DNA of 64,000 nucleotides from Antedon mediterranea (lineage: Eukaryota; Animalia; Echinodermata): contig NW_027306095.1 in NCBI RefSeq assembly GCF_964355755.1, positions 372,001-436,000 on the forward strand, in the 5' to 3' direction. Every line of letters starts with the position of its first letter. Within the stretch, counting starts at the first letter, position 1. Under the pieces are notes generated by a model. That model was not told the origin of the DNA. It ran no database searches and saw only the letters and a list, made by a program, of their open reading frames with translations. The position numbers and the translations under genes were made by a program. Positions 38,601 through 52,700 of this stretch are shown here, in pieces.

Positions 38601-41600
38601 TTTCATCGAAATGCTCAAAATGGTCTAAAACGTCTCCAAATGCGATTTGAAGCTATTTTGTGCACTTTGATGTTTTTGTGTGAAAAGTTTCATCGAAATG
38701 CACAAAATGGTCTAAAACGTCTCCAAATATGATATTAAGCTATTGTATGCACTTTGTTGTTTTTATCTGAAAAGTTTTCACGAAATGCACAAAATGATCT
38801 AAAACGTCTCTAAATGCGATTTGAAGTTATTTTGTGCACTTTAATGTTTTGTGTGAAAAGTTTTATTGAAAAGCACAAAATGGTCTAAAACGTCTCCAAA
38901 TGCGATTTGAAGCTATTTTGTGCACTTTGATGTTTTGTGTGAAAAGTTTCACCAAAATGCAAAAAATGGTCTAAAACGTCTCCAAATCCGTTTTGAAGCT
39001 AATCTAAGCACTTTGATGTTTTTATGTTAAACAGGTTTTTTCGAAATGCACAAAATGGTCTAAAACGTCTCCAAATACGATTTGAAGCTCTTTTGTGCAC
39101 TTTGATGTTTTGTGTAATAAGTTTTATAGAAACGCACAAAATGGTCTAAAACGGTTTCAAATGTGATTTTAAGCACTTTGATATTTTTGTTTAACCAAGT
39201 TTCATCGAAATGCACAAAATGGTCTAAAACGTCTCCAAATGCGATTTGAAGCTGTTTTTGTGTGAAAAGTTTTTTCGAAATACACAAAATGGTCTAAAAC
39301 GTCTCCAAATGCGATTTGGAGCTCTTTTGTGCACTTTGATGTTTTGTGTCAAAAGTTTTATAGAAATGCTCGAAATGGTCTAAAACGGTATCAAATGTGA
39401 TTTTAAGCACTTTCATGTTTTTGTGTAGCCAAGTTTCATCGAAATGCACAAAAAAATCTAAAACGTCTCCAAATGCGATTTAAAGCTATTTTGTGCACTT
39501 TAATATTTTGTGTGAAAAGTTTTATCGAAATTCTCAAAATGGTCTAAAACGGTTTCAAATGTGATTTTAAGCACTTTGATGTTTTTGTGTTATCAAGTTT
39601 CATCGAAATGCATAAAATGGTTTAAAACGTCTGCAAATGCGATTTGAAGCTATTTTGTGCACTTTGATGTTTTGTGTAATCCAGTTTCATCGAAATGTAC
39701 AAAATTGTCTAAAACGTCTCTAAATGCGATTTGAAGCTATTTTGTGCACTTTGTCGTTTTTATGTGAAAAGTTTCATCGAAATGCTCAAAATGGTCTAAA
39801 ACGTCTACAAATGCGATTTGAAGCTATTTTGTGCACTTTGATGTTTTTGTGTGAAAAGTTTCATCGAAATGCACAAAATGGTCTAAAACGGTTTCAAATG
39901 TGATTTTAAGCACTTTGATATTTTTGTGTAATCAAGTTTTTTCGAAATGCACAAAATGGTCTAAAACGTCTCCAATTGCGATTTGAAGTTATTTTGTGCA
40001 CTTTGATGTTTTGTGTGAAAAGTTTTATCGAAATGCTCAAAATGGTCTAAAACGGTTTCAAATGTGATTTTAAGCACTTTGATATTTTTGTGTAATCAAG
40101 TTTCATCGAAATGCACAAAATGGTCTAAAACGTCTGCAAATGCGATTTAAAGCTATTTTGTGCACTTTAATGTTTTGTGTGAAAAGTTTTATCGAAATTC
40201 TCAAAATGGTCTAAAACGGTTTCAAATGTGATTTTAAGCACTTTGATGTTTTTGTGTAATCAAGTTTCATCGAAATGCACAAAATGGTTTAAAACGTCTG
40301 CAAATAGGATTTGAAGCTATTTTGTGCACTTTGATGTTTTGTGTAATCCAGTTTCATCGAAATGTACAAAATTGTCTAAAACCTCTCAAAATGCGATTTG
40401 AAGCTATTTTGTGCACTTTGATGTTTTTGTGTGAAAAGTTTCATCGAAATGCACAAAATTGTCTAAAACGTCTCTAAATGCGATTTGAAGCTATTTTGTG
40501 CACTTTGTCGTTTTGGTGTGAAAAGTTTTTTCGAAATGCACAAAATGGTCTAAAACGTCTCCAAATGTGATTTGAAGCAATTTTGTGCACTTTGATGTTT
40601 TGTGTAATCCAGTTTCATCGAAATGTACAAAATTGTCTAAAACGTCTCTAAATGCGATTTGAAGCTATTTTGTGCACTTTGTCGTTTTTGTGTGAAAAGT
40701 TTTTTCGAAATGCACAAAATGGTCTAAAACGTCTCCAATTGCGATTTGAAGTTATTTTGTGCACTTTGATGTTTTGTGTGAAAAGTTTTATCGAAATGCT
40801 CAAAATGGTCTAAAACGGTTTCAAATGTGATTTTAAGCACTTTGATATTTTTGTGTAATCAAGTTTCATCGAAATGCACAAAATGGTCTAAAACGTCTGC
40901 AAATGCGATTTAAAGCTATTTTGTGCACTTTAATGTTTTGTGTGAAAAGTTTTATCGAAATTCTCAAAATGGTCTAAAACGGTTTCAAATGTGATTTTAA
41001 GCACTTTGATGTTTTTGTGTAATCAAGTTTCATCGAAATGCACAAAATGGTTTAAAACGTCTGCAAATGCGATTTGAAGCTATTTTGTGCACTTTGATGT
41101 TTTTTTGTGAAAAGTTTCATCGAAATGCACAAAATTGTCTAAAACGTCTCCAAATACGATATTAAGCTATTGTATGCACTTTGATGTTTTTGAGTGAAAA
41201 GTTTTTTCGAAATGCACAAAATGTTCTAAAACGTCTCCAAATGCGATTTGGAGCTCTTTTGTGCACTTTAATTTTTTTTGTGTAAAAAGTTTGCTATTTT
41301 GTGCACTTTTAATGTTTTGTGTGAAAAGTTTTATCGAAATGCTCAAAATTGTCTAAAACGGTTTCAAATGTGATTTTAAGCACTTTGATATTTTTGTGTA
41401 ATCAAGTTTTTTCGAAATGCACAACATGGTCTAAAACGTCTCCAAATGCGATTTGAAGCTATTTTGTGCACTTTGATGTTTTTGTGTGAAAAGTTTCATC
41501 GAAATGCATAAAATGGTCTAAAACGTCTCTAAATGCGATTTGAAGCTATTTTGTGCACTTTGATGTCTTTGTGTGAAAAGTTTCATTGAAATGCACAAAA

Positions 41601-42028
41601 TGGTCTAAAACGTCTCTAAATGCGATTTGAAGATATTTTGTGCACTTTGTCGTTTTTGTGTGAAAAGTTTCATCGAAATGCTCAAAATTGTCTAAAACGT
41701 CTCCAAATGCGATTTGAAGCTATTTTGTGCACTTTGATGTTTTTTTCTGAAAAGTTTCATCGAAATGCACAAAATGGTCTAAAACGTCTCTAAATGCGAT
41801 TTGAAGCTTTTTTGTGCACTTTGATGTTTTTGTGTGAAAAGTTTCATCGAAATGCACAAAATGGTCTAAAACGTCTCTAAATGCGATTTGAAGCTATTTT
41901 GTGCACTTTGATGTTTTTTTGTGAAAAGTTTCATCGAAATGCACAAAATGGTCTAAAACGTCTCTAAATGCGATTTGAAGCTATTTTGTGCACTTTGTCG
42001 TTTTTGTGTGAAAAGTTTCATCGAAATG
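23633..42028 (+). repeat. 87-bp satellite array, forward block 3
   Basis: Forward monomers; includes a 2931-bp duplication and a diverged patch near 38.7-39.6 kb. Confidence 0.97.
32150..37880 (+). repeat. Tandem duplication with 2931-bp period
   Basis: ORFs 32943/35874 and 33724/36655 are offset by 2931; private variants ('aaatagacaatatgg', 'gatgatttgtg', 'tttttctaaatgc') are shared. Boundaries are approximate. Confidence 0.85.
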
Positions 42029-42038
42029 CATTTCGATG
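42019..42038. other. Fold-back inversion junction, type A
   Basis: Same palindrome and flanks as 15666-15685 (offset 26353). Confidence 0.95.
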
Positions 42039-45000
42039 TAACTTGATTACACAAAAATATCAAAGTGCTTAAAATCACATTTGAAACCGTTTTAGACCAT
42101 TTTGAGCATTTCGATAAAACTTTTCACACAAAACATTAAAGTGCACAAAATAACTTCAAATCGCAATTGGAGACGTTTTAGACCATTTTGTGCATTTCGA
42201 TGAAACTTTTCACACAAAAACGACAAAGTGCACAAAATAGCTTCAAATCGCATTTAGAGACGTTTTAGACAATTTTGTACATTTCGATGAAACTGGATTA
42301 CACAAAACATCAAAGTGCACAAAATTGCTTCAAATCGCATTTGGAGACGTTTTAGACCATTTTGTGCATTTCGAAAAAACTTTTCACACAAAAACGACAA
42401 AGTGCACAAAATAGCTTCAAATCGCATTTGCAGACGTTTTAGAACATTTTGTGCATTTCGATGAAACTTTTCACACAAAAACATCAAAGTGCACAAAATT
42501 GCTTCAAATCACATTTGGAGACGTTTTAGACCATTTTGAGCAATTCGATGAAACTTTTCACACAAAAACGACAAAGTGCACAAAATAGCTTCAAATCGCA
42601 TTTAGAGACGTTTTAGACAATTTTGTGCCTTTCGATGAAACTTTTCACAAAAAAACATCAAAGTGCACAAAATAGCTTCAAATCGCATTTGCAGACGTTT
42701 TAGACCATTTTGTGCATTTCGATGAAACTTTTCACACAAAAACATCAAAGTGCACAAAATTGCTTCAAATCGCATTTAGAGACGTTTTAGACCATTTTGT
42801 GCATTTCGATGAAACTTTTCACACAAAAACATCAAAGTGCACAAAATAGCTTCAAATCGCATTTGCAGACGTTTTAGACCATTTTGTGCATTTCGATGAA
42901 ACTTTTCACACAAAAACGACAAAGTGCACAAAATATCTTCAAATCGCATTTGGAGACGTTTTAGACCATTTTGAGCATTTCGATGAAACTTTTCACACAA
43001 AAACGACAAAGTGCACAAAATTGCTTCAAATCGCATTTAGAGACGTTTTAGACCATTTTGTGCATTTCGATGAAACTTTTCACAAAAAAACATCAAAGTG
43101 CACTAAATAGCTTCAAATCGCATTTAGAGACGTTTTAGACCATTTTGTGCATTTCGATGAAACTTTTCAGAAAAAAACATCAAAGTGCACAAAATAGCTT
43201 CAAATCGCATTTGGAGACGTTTTAGAACATTTTGAGCATTTCGATGAAACTTTTCACACAAAAACGACAAAGTGCACAAAATAGCTTCAAATCGCATTTA
43301 GAGACGTTTTAGACCATTTTGTGCATTTCGATAAAACTTTACACACAAAAACATCAAAGTGCACAAAATAGCTTCAAATCGCATTTAGAGACGTTTTAGA
43401 CCATTTTGTGTATTTCGATGAAACTTTTCACACAAAAACATCAAAGTGCACAAAATAGCTTCAAATCGCATTTGGAGACGTTTTAGACCATGTTGTGCAT
43501 TTCGAAAAAACTTGATTACACAAAAATATCAAAGTGCTTAAAATCACATTTGAAACCGTTTTAGACAATTTTGAGCATTTCGATAAAACTTTTCAAACAA
43601 AACATTAAAGTGCACAAAATAGCAAACTTTTTACACAAAACATCAAAGTGCACAAAAGAGCTCCAAATCGCATTGGGAGACGTTTTAGACCATTTTGTGC
43701 ATTTCGAAAAAACTTTTCACTCAAAAACATCAAAGTGCATACAAGAGCTTAATATCGTATTTGGAGACGTTTTAGACAATTTTGTGCATTTCGATGAAAC
43801 TTTTCACACAAAAACATCAAAGTGCACAAAATAGCTTCAAATCGCATTTGCAGACGTTTTAAACCATTTTGTGCATTTCGATGAAACTTGATTACACAAA
43901 AACATCAAAGTGCTTAAAATCTCATTTGAAACCGTTTTAGACCATTTTGAGAATTTCGATAAAACTTTTCACACAAAACATTAAAGTGCACAAAATAGCT
44001 TTAAATCGCATTTGCAGACGTTTTAGACCATTTTGTGCATTTCGATGAAACTTGATTACACAAAAATATCAAAGTGCTTAAAATCACATTTGAAACCGTT
44101 TTAGACCATTTTGAGCATTTCGATAAAACTTTTCACACAAAACATCAAAGTGCACAAAATAACTTCAAATCGCAATTGGAGACGTTTTAGACCATTTTGT
44201 GCATTTCGAAAAAACTTTTCACACAAAAACGACAAAGTGCACAAAATAGCTTCAAATCGCATTTGGAGACGTTTTAGACCATTTTGAGCATTTCGATGAA
44301 ACTTGATTACACAAAAATATCAAAGTGCTTAAAATCACATTTGAAACCGTTTTAGACCATTTTGAGCATTTCGATAAAACTTTTCACACAAAACATCAAA
44401 GTGCACAAAATAACTTCAAATCGCATTTGGAGACGTTTTAGACCATTTTGTGCATTTCGAATAAACTTTTCACACAAAAACATCAAAGTGCACAAAATAG
44501 CTTCAAATCGCATTTGGAGACGTTTTAGACCATGTTGTGCATTTCGAAAAAACTTGATTACACAAAAATATCAAAGTGCTTAAAATCACATTTGAAACCG
44601 TTTTAGACAATTTTGAGCATTTCGATAAAACTTTTCACACAAAACATTAAAGTGCACAAAATAGCAAACTTTTTACACAAAACATCAAAGTGCACAAAAG
44701 AGCTCCATTTGGAGACGTTTTAGACCATTTTGTTCATTTCGAAAAAACTTTTCACTCAAAAACATCAAAGTGCATACAATAGCTTAATATCGTATTTGGA
44801 GACGTTTTAGACAATTTTGTGCATTTCGATGAAACTTTTCACACAAAAACATCAAAGTGCACAAAATAGCTTCAAATCGCATTTGCAGACGTTTTAAACC
44901 ATTTAGTGCATTTCGATGAAACTTGATTACACAAAAACATCAAAGTGCTTAAAATCACATTTGAAACCGTTATAGACCATTTTGAGAATTTCGATAAAAC

Positions 45001-48000
45001 TTTTCACACAAAACATTAAAGTGCACAAAATAGCTTTAAATCGCATTTGCAGACGTTTTAGACCATTTTGTGCATTTCGATGAAACTTGATTACACAAAA
45101 ATATCAAAGTGCTTAAAATCACATTTTAAACCGTTTTAGACCATTTTGAGCATTTCGATAAAACTTTTCACACAAAACATCAAAGTGCACAAAATAACTT
45201 CAAATCGCAATTGGAGACGTTTTAGACCATTTTGTGCATTTCGATGAAACTTTTCACACAAAAACGACAAAGTGCACAAAATAGCTTCAAATCGCATTTA
45301 GAGACGTTTTAGACAATTTTATACATTTCGATGAAACTGGATTACACAAAACATCAAAGTGCACAAAATTGCTTCAAATCGCATTTGGAGACGTTTTAGA
45401 CCATTTTGTGCATTTCGAAAAAACTTTTCACACAAAAACGACAAAGTGCACAAAATAGCTTCAAATTGCATTTGCAGACGTTTTAGACCATTTTGTGCAT
45501 TTCGAAAAAACTTTTCACTCAAAAACATCAAAGTGCATACAATAGCTTAATATCGTATTTGGAGACGTTTTAGACAATTTTGTGCATTTCGATGAAACTT
45601 TTCACACAAAAACATCAAAGTGCACAAAATTGCTTCAAATCGCATTTGCAGACGTTTTAAACCATTTTGTGCATTTCGATGAAACTTGATTACACAAAAC
45701 ATCAAAGTGCTTAAAATCACATTTGAAACCGTTTTAGACCATTTTGAGAATTTCGATAAAACTTTACACACAAAAACATCAAAGTGCACAAAATAGCTTC
45801 AAATCGCATTTAGAGACGTTTTAGACCATTTTGTGTATTTCGATGAAACTTTTCACACAAAAACATCAAAGTGCACAAAATAGCTTCAAATCGCATTTGG
45901 AGACGTTTTAGACCATGTTGTGCATTTCGAAAAAACTTGATTACACAAAAATATCAAAGTGCTTAAAATCACATTTGAAACCGTTTTAGACAATTTTGAG
46001 CATTTCGATAAAACTTTTCACACAAAACATTAAAGTGCACAAAATAGCAAACTTTTTACACAAAACATCAAAGTGCACAAAAGAGCTCCAAATCGCATTG
46101 GGAGACGTTTTAGACCATTTTGTGCATTTCGAAAAAACTTTTCACTCAAAAACATCAAAGTGCATACAAGAGCTTAATATCGTATTTGGAGACGTTTTAG
46201 ACAATTTTGTGCATTTCGATGAAACTTTTCACACAAAAACATCAAAGTGCACAAAATAGCTTCAAATCGCATTTGCAGACGTTTTAAACCATTTTGTGCA
46301 TTTCGATGAAACTTGATTACACAAAAACATCAAAGTGCTTAAAATCTCATTTGAAACCGTTTTAGACCATTTTGAGAATTTCGATAAAACTTTTCACACA
46401 AAACATTAAAGTGCACAAAATAGCTTTAAATCGCATTTGCAGACGTTTTAGACCATTTTGTGCATTTCGATGAAACTTGATTACACAAAAATATCAAAGT
46501 GCTTAAAATCACATTTGAAACCGTTTTAGACCATTTTGAGCATTTCGATAAAACTTTTCACACAAAACATCAAAGTGCACAAAATAACTTCAAATCGCAA
46601 TTGGAGACGTTTTAGACCATTTTGTGCATTTCGAAAAAACTTTTCACACAAAAACGACAAAGTGCACAAAATAGCTTCAAATCGCATTTGCAGACGTTTT
46701 AGACCATTTTGTGCATTTCGATGAAACTTTTCACACAAAAACATCAAAGTGCACAAAATTGCTTCAAATCGCATTTGGAGACGTTTTAGACCATTTTGAG
46801 CATTTCGATGAAACTTTTCACACAAAAACGACAAAGTGCACAAAATAGCTTCAAATCGCATTTAGAGACGTTTTAGACAATTTTGTGCATTTCGATGAAA
46901 CTTTTCACAAAAAACATCAAAGTGCACAAAATTGCTTCAAATCGCATTTAGAGACGTTTTAGACCATTTTGTGCATTTCGATGAAACTTTTCACACAAAA
47001 ACATCAAAGTGCACAAAATAGCTTCAAATCGCATTTAGAGACGTTTTAGACCATTTTGTGCATTTCGATGAAACTTTTCACAAAAAAACATCAAAGTGCA
47101 CAAAATAGCTTCAAATCGCATTTGGAGACGTTTTAGACCATTTTGAGCATTTCGATGAAACTTGATTACACAAAAATATCAAAGTGCTTAAAATCACATT
47201 TGAAACCGTTTTAGACCATTTTGAGCATTTCGATAAAACTTTTCACACAAAACATCAAAGTGCACAAAATAACTTCAAATCGCATTTGGAGACGTTTTAG
47301 ACCATTTTGTGCATTTCGAATAAACTTTTCACACAAAAACATCAAAGTGCACAAAATAGCTTCAAATCGCATTTGGAGACGTTTTAGACCATGTTGTGCA
47401 TTTCGAAAAAACTTGATTACACAAAAATATCAAAGTGCTTAAAATCACATTTGAAACCGTTTTAGACAATTTTGAGCATTTCGATAAAACTTTTCACACA
47501 AAACATTAAAGTGCACAAAATAGCAAACTTTTTACACAAAACATCAAAGTGCACAAAAGAGCTCCATTTGGAGACGTTTTAGACCATTTTGTTCATTTCG
47601 AAAAAACTTTTCACTCAAAAACATCAAAGTGCATACAATAGCTTAATATCGTATTTGGAGACGTTTTAGACAATTTTGTGCATTTCGATGAAACTTTTCA
47701 CACAAAAACATCAAAGTGCACAAAATAGCTTCAAATCGCATTTGCAGACGTTTTAAACCATTTAGTGCATTTCGATGAAACTTGATTACACAAAAACATC
47801 AAAGTGCTTAAAATCACATTTGAAACCGTTATAGACCATTTTGAGAATTTCGATAAAACTTTTCACACAAAACATTAAAGTGCACAAAATAGCTTTAAAT
47901 CGCATTTGCAGACGTTTTAGACCATTTTGTGCATTTCGATGAAACTTGATTACACAAAAATATCAAAGTGCTTAAAATCACATTTTAAACCGTTTTAGAC

Positions 48001-49752
48001 CATTTTGAGCATTTCGATAAAACTTTTCACACAAAACATCAAAGTGCACAAAATAACTTCAAATCGCAATTGGAGACGTTTTAGACCATTTTGTGCATTT
48101 CGATGAAACTTTTCACACAAAAACGACAAAGTGCACAAAATAGCTTCAAATCGCATTTAGAGACGTTTTAGACAATTTTATACATTTCGATGAAACTGGA
48201 TTACACAAAACATCAAAGTGCACAAAATTGCTTCAAATCGCATTTGGAGACGTTTTAGACCATTTTGTGCATTTCGAAAAAACTTTTCACACAAAAACGA
48301 CAAAGTGCACAAAATAGCTTCAAATTGCATTTGCAGACGTTTTAGACCATTTTGTGCATTTCGATGAAACTTTTCACACAAAAACATCAAAGTGCACAAA
48401 ATTGCTTCAAATCGCATTTGGAGACGTTTTAGACCATTTTGAGCATTTCGATGAAACTTTTCACACAAAAACGACAAAGTTCACAAAATAGCTTCAAATC
48501 GCATTTAGAGACGTTTTAGACAATTTTGTGCCTTTCGATGAAACTTTTCACAAAAAAACATCAAAGTGCACAAAATAGCTTCAAATCGCATTTGCAGACG
48601 TTTTAGACCATTTTGTGCATTTCGATGAAACTTTTCACACAAAAACATCAAAGTGCACAAAATTGCTTCAAATCGCATTTGGAGACGTTTTAGACCATTT
48701 TGTGCATTTCGAAAAAACTTTTCACACAAAAACGACAAAGTGCACAAAATAGCTTCAAATTGCATTTGCAGACGTTTTAGACCATTTTGTGCATTTCGAT
48801 GAAACTTTTCACACAAAAACATCAAAGTGCACAAAATTGCTTCAAATCGCATTTGGAGACGTTTTAGACCATTTTGAGCATTTCGATGAAACTTTTCACA
48901 CAAAAACGACAAAGTTCACAAAATAGCTTCAAATCGCATTTAGAGACGTTTTAGACAATTTTGTGCCTTTCGATGAAACTTTTCACAAAAAAACATCAAA
49001 GTGCACAAAATAGCTTCAAATCGCATTTGCAGACGTTTTAGACCATTTTGTGCATTTCGATGAAACTTTTCACACAAAAACATCAAAGTGCACAAAATTG
49101 CTTCAAATCGCATTTGGAGACGTTTTAGACCTTTTGAGCATTTCGATGAAACTTTTCACACAAAAACGACAAAGTGCACAAAATAGCTTCAAATCGCATT
49201 TAGAGACGTTTTAGACCATTTTGTGCATTTCGATGAAACTTTTCACAAAAAAACATCAAAGTGCACAAAATAGCTTCAAATCGCATTTAGAGACGTTTTA
49301 GACCATTTTGTGCATTTCGATGAAACTTTTCACACAAAAACATCAAAGTGCACAAAATAGCTTCAAATCGCATTTAGAGACGTTTTAGACCATTTTGTGC
49401 ATTTCGATGAAACTTTTCACACAAAAACATCAAAGTGCACAAAATAGCTTCAAATCGCATTTGGAGACGTTTTAGACCATGTTGTGCATTTCGAAAAAAC
49501 TTGATTACACAAAAACATCAAAGTGCTTAAAATCACATTTGAAACCGTTTTAGACCATTTTGAGAATTTCGATAAAACTTTTACACAAAACATTAAAGTG
49601 CACAAAATAGCTTTAAATCGCATTTGCAGACGTTTTAGACCATTTTGTGCATTTCGATGAAACTGGATTACACAAAACATCAAAGTGCACAAAATTGCTT
49701 CAAATCGCATTTGGAGACGTTTTAGACCATTTTGTGCATTTCGAAAAAACTT
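42029..49752 (-). repeat. 87-bp satellite array, inverted block 3
   Basis: Reverse-complement monomers; paralogous to inverted block 2 (offsets 26353 then 26120-26121). Confidence 0.97.
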
Positions 49753-49760
49753 GTGCACTT
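49737..49760. other. Inversion junction, type B (empty allele)
   Basis: Identical to 23617-23640. Confidence 0.93.
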
Positions 49761-52700
49761 TGTCGTTTTTGTGTGAAAAGTTTCATCGAAATGCTCAAAA
49801 TGGTCTAAAACGTCTCCAAATGCGATTTGAAGCAATTTTGTGCACTTTGATGTTTTTGTGTGAAAAGTTTCATCGAAATGCACAAAATGGTCTAAAACGT
49901 CTGCAAATGCGATTTGAAGTTATTTTGTGCACTTTGTCGTTTTTATGTGAAAAGTTTCATCGAAATGCACAAAATGGTCTAAAACGTCTCCAAATGCGAT
50001 TTGAAGCTATTTTGTGCATTTTGATGTTTTGTGTAATCCAGTTTCATCGAAATGTAGAAAATTGTCTAAAACGTCTCTAAATGCGATTTAAAGCTATTTT
50101 GTGCACTTTGTCGTTTTTGTGTGAAAAGTTTCATCGAAATGCACAAAATGGTCTAAAACGTCTGCAATTGCGATTTGAAGTTATTTTGTGCACTTTGATG
50201 TTTTGTGTGAAAAGTTTTATCGAAATGCTCAAAATGGTCTAAAACGGTTTCAAATGTGATTTTAAGCCCTTTGATATTTTTGTGTAATCAAGTTTCATCG
50301 AAATGCACAAAATGGTCTAAAACGTCTGCAAATGCGATTTAAAGCTATTTTGTGCACTTTAATGTTTTGTGTGAAAAGTTTTATCGAAATTCTCAAAATG
50401 GTCTAAAACGGTTTCAAATGTGATTTTAAGCACTTTGATGTTTTTGTGTAATCAAGTTTCATCGAAATGCACAAAATGGTCTAAAACGTCTCCAAATGCG
50501 ATTTGAAGCAATTTTGTGCACTTTGATGTTTTGTGTAATCCAGTTTCATCGAAATGTACAAAATTGTCTAAAACGTCTCTAAATGCGATTTGAAGCTATT
50601 TTGTGCACTTTGTCGTTTTTGTGTGAAAAGTTTCATCGAAATGCACAAAATGGTCTAAAACGCCTCCAATTGCGATTTGAAGTTATTTTGTGCACTTTGA
50701 TGTTTTGTGTGAAAAGTTTTATCGAAATGCTCAAAATGGTCTAAAACGGTTTCAAATGTGATTTTAAGCACTTTGATATTTTTGTGTAATCAAGTTTCAT
50801 CGAAATGCACAAAATGGTCTAAAACGTCTGCAAATGCGATTTAAAGCTATTTTGTGCACTTTAATGTTTTGTGTGAAAAGTTTTATCGAAATTCTCAAAA
50901 TGGTCTAAAACGGTTTCAAATGTGATTTTAAGCACTTTGATGTTTTTGTGTAATCAAGTTTCATCGAAATTCACTAAAAGGTCTAGAACCTCTGCAAATG
51001 CAATTTAAAGCTATTTTGTGCACTTTAATGTTTTCTGTGAAAAGTTTTATCGAAATTCTCAAAATGGTCTAAAACGGTTTCAAATGTGATTTTAAGCACT
51101 TTGATGTTTTTGTGTAATCAAGTTTTTTCGAAATGCACAACATGGTCTAAAACGTCTCCAAATGCGATTTGAAGCTATTTTGTGCACTTTGATGTTTTTG
51201 TGTGAAAAGTTTCAATGAAATGCACAAAATGGTCTAAAACGTCTCTAAATGCGATTTGAAGCTATTTTGTGCACTTTGTCGTTTTTGTGTGAAAAGTTTC
51301 ATCGAAATGCTCAAAATGGTCTAAAACGTCTCCAAATGCGATTTGAAGCTATTTTGTGCACTTTGATGTTTTTTTCTGAAAAGTTTCATCGAAATGCACA
51401 AAATGGTCTAAAACGTCTCTAAATGCGATTTGAAGCTATTTTGTGCACTTTGATGTTTTTGTGTGAAAAGTTTCATCGAAATGCACAAAATGGTCTAAAA
51501 CGTCTCTAAATGCGATTTGAAGCTATTTTGTGCACTTTGATGTTTTTTTGTGAAAAGTTTCATCGAAATGCACAAAATGGTCTAAAACGTCTCTAAATGC
51601 GATTTGAAGCTATTTTGTGCACTTTGTCGTTTTTGTGTGAAAAGTTTCATCGAAATGCTCAAAATGGTCTAAAACGTCTCCAAATGCGATTTGAAGCAAT
51701 TTTGTGCACTTTGATGTTTTTGTGTGAAAAGTTTCATCGAAATGCACAAAATGGTCTAAAACGTCTGCAAATGCGATTTGAAGCTATTTTGTGCACTTTG
51801 ATGTTTTTTTGTGAAAAGTTTCATCGAAAGGCACAAAATTGTCTAAAACGTCTCTAAATGCGATTTGAAGCTATTTTGTGCACTTTGTCGTTTTTGTGTG
51901 AAAAGTTTCATCGAAATTCCCAAAATGGTCTAAAACATCTCCAAATGCGATTTGAAGCAATTTTGTGCACTTTGATGTTTTTGTGTGAAAAGTTTATACG
52001 AAATGCACAAAATGGTCTAAAACGTCTGCAAATGCGATTTGAAGCTATTTTGTGCACTTTGTCGTTTTTGTGTGAAAATTTTTTTCGAAATGCACAAAAT
52101 GGTCTAAAACGTCTCCAAATGCGATTTGAAGCAATTTTGTGCACTTTGATGTTTTGTGTAATCCAGTTTCATCGAAATGTACAAAATTGTCTAAAACGTC
52201 TCTAAATGCGATTTGAAGCTATTTTGTGCACTTTGTCGTTTTTGTGTGAAAAGTTTTTTCGAAATGCACAAAATGGTCTAAAACGTCTCCAAATGCAATT
52301 TGAAGCAATTTTGTGCACTTTGATGTTTTGTGTAATCCAGTTTCATCGAAATGTACAAAATTGTCTAAATCGTCTCTAAATGCGATTTGAAGCTATTTTG
52401 TGCACTTTGTCGTTTTTGTGTGAAAAGTTTTATCGAAATGCTCAAAATGGTCTAAAACGGTTTTAAATGTGATTTTAAGCACTTTGATATTTTTGTGTAA
52501 TCAAGTTTCATCGAAATGCACAAAATGGTCTAAAACGTCTCCAAATGCGATTTGAAGCAATTTTGTGCACTTTGATGTTTTTGTGTGAAAAGTTTCATCG
52601 AAATGCTCAAAATGGTCTAAAACGTCTCCAAATGCGATTTGAAGCAATTTTGTGCACTTTGATGTTTTTGTGTGAAAAGTTTCATCGAAATGCACAAAAT

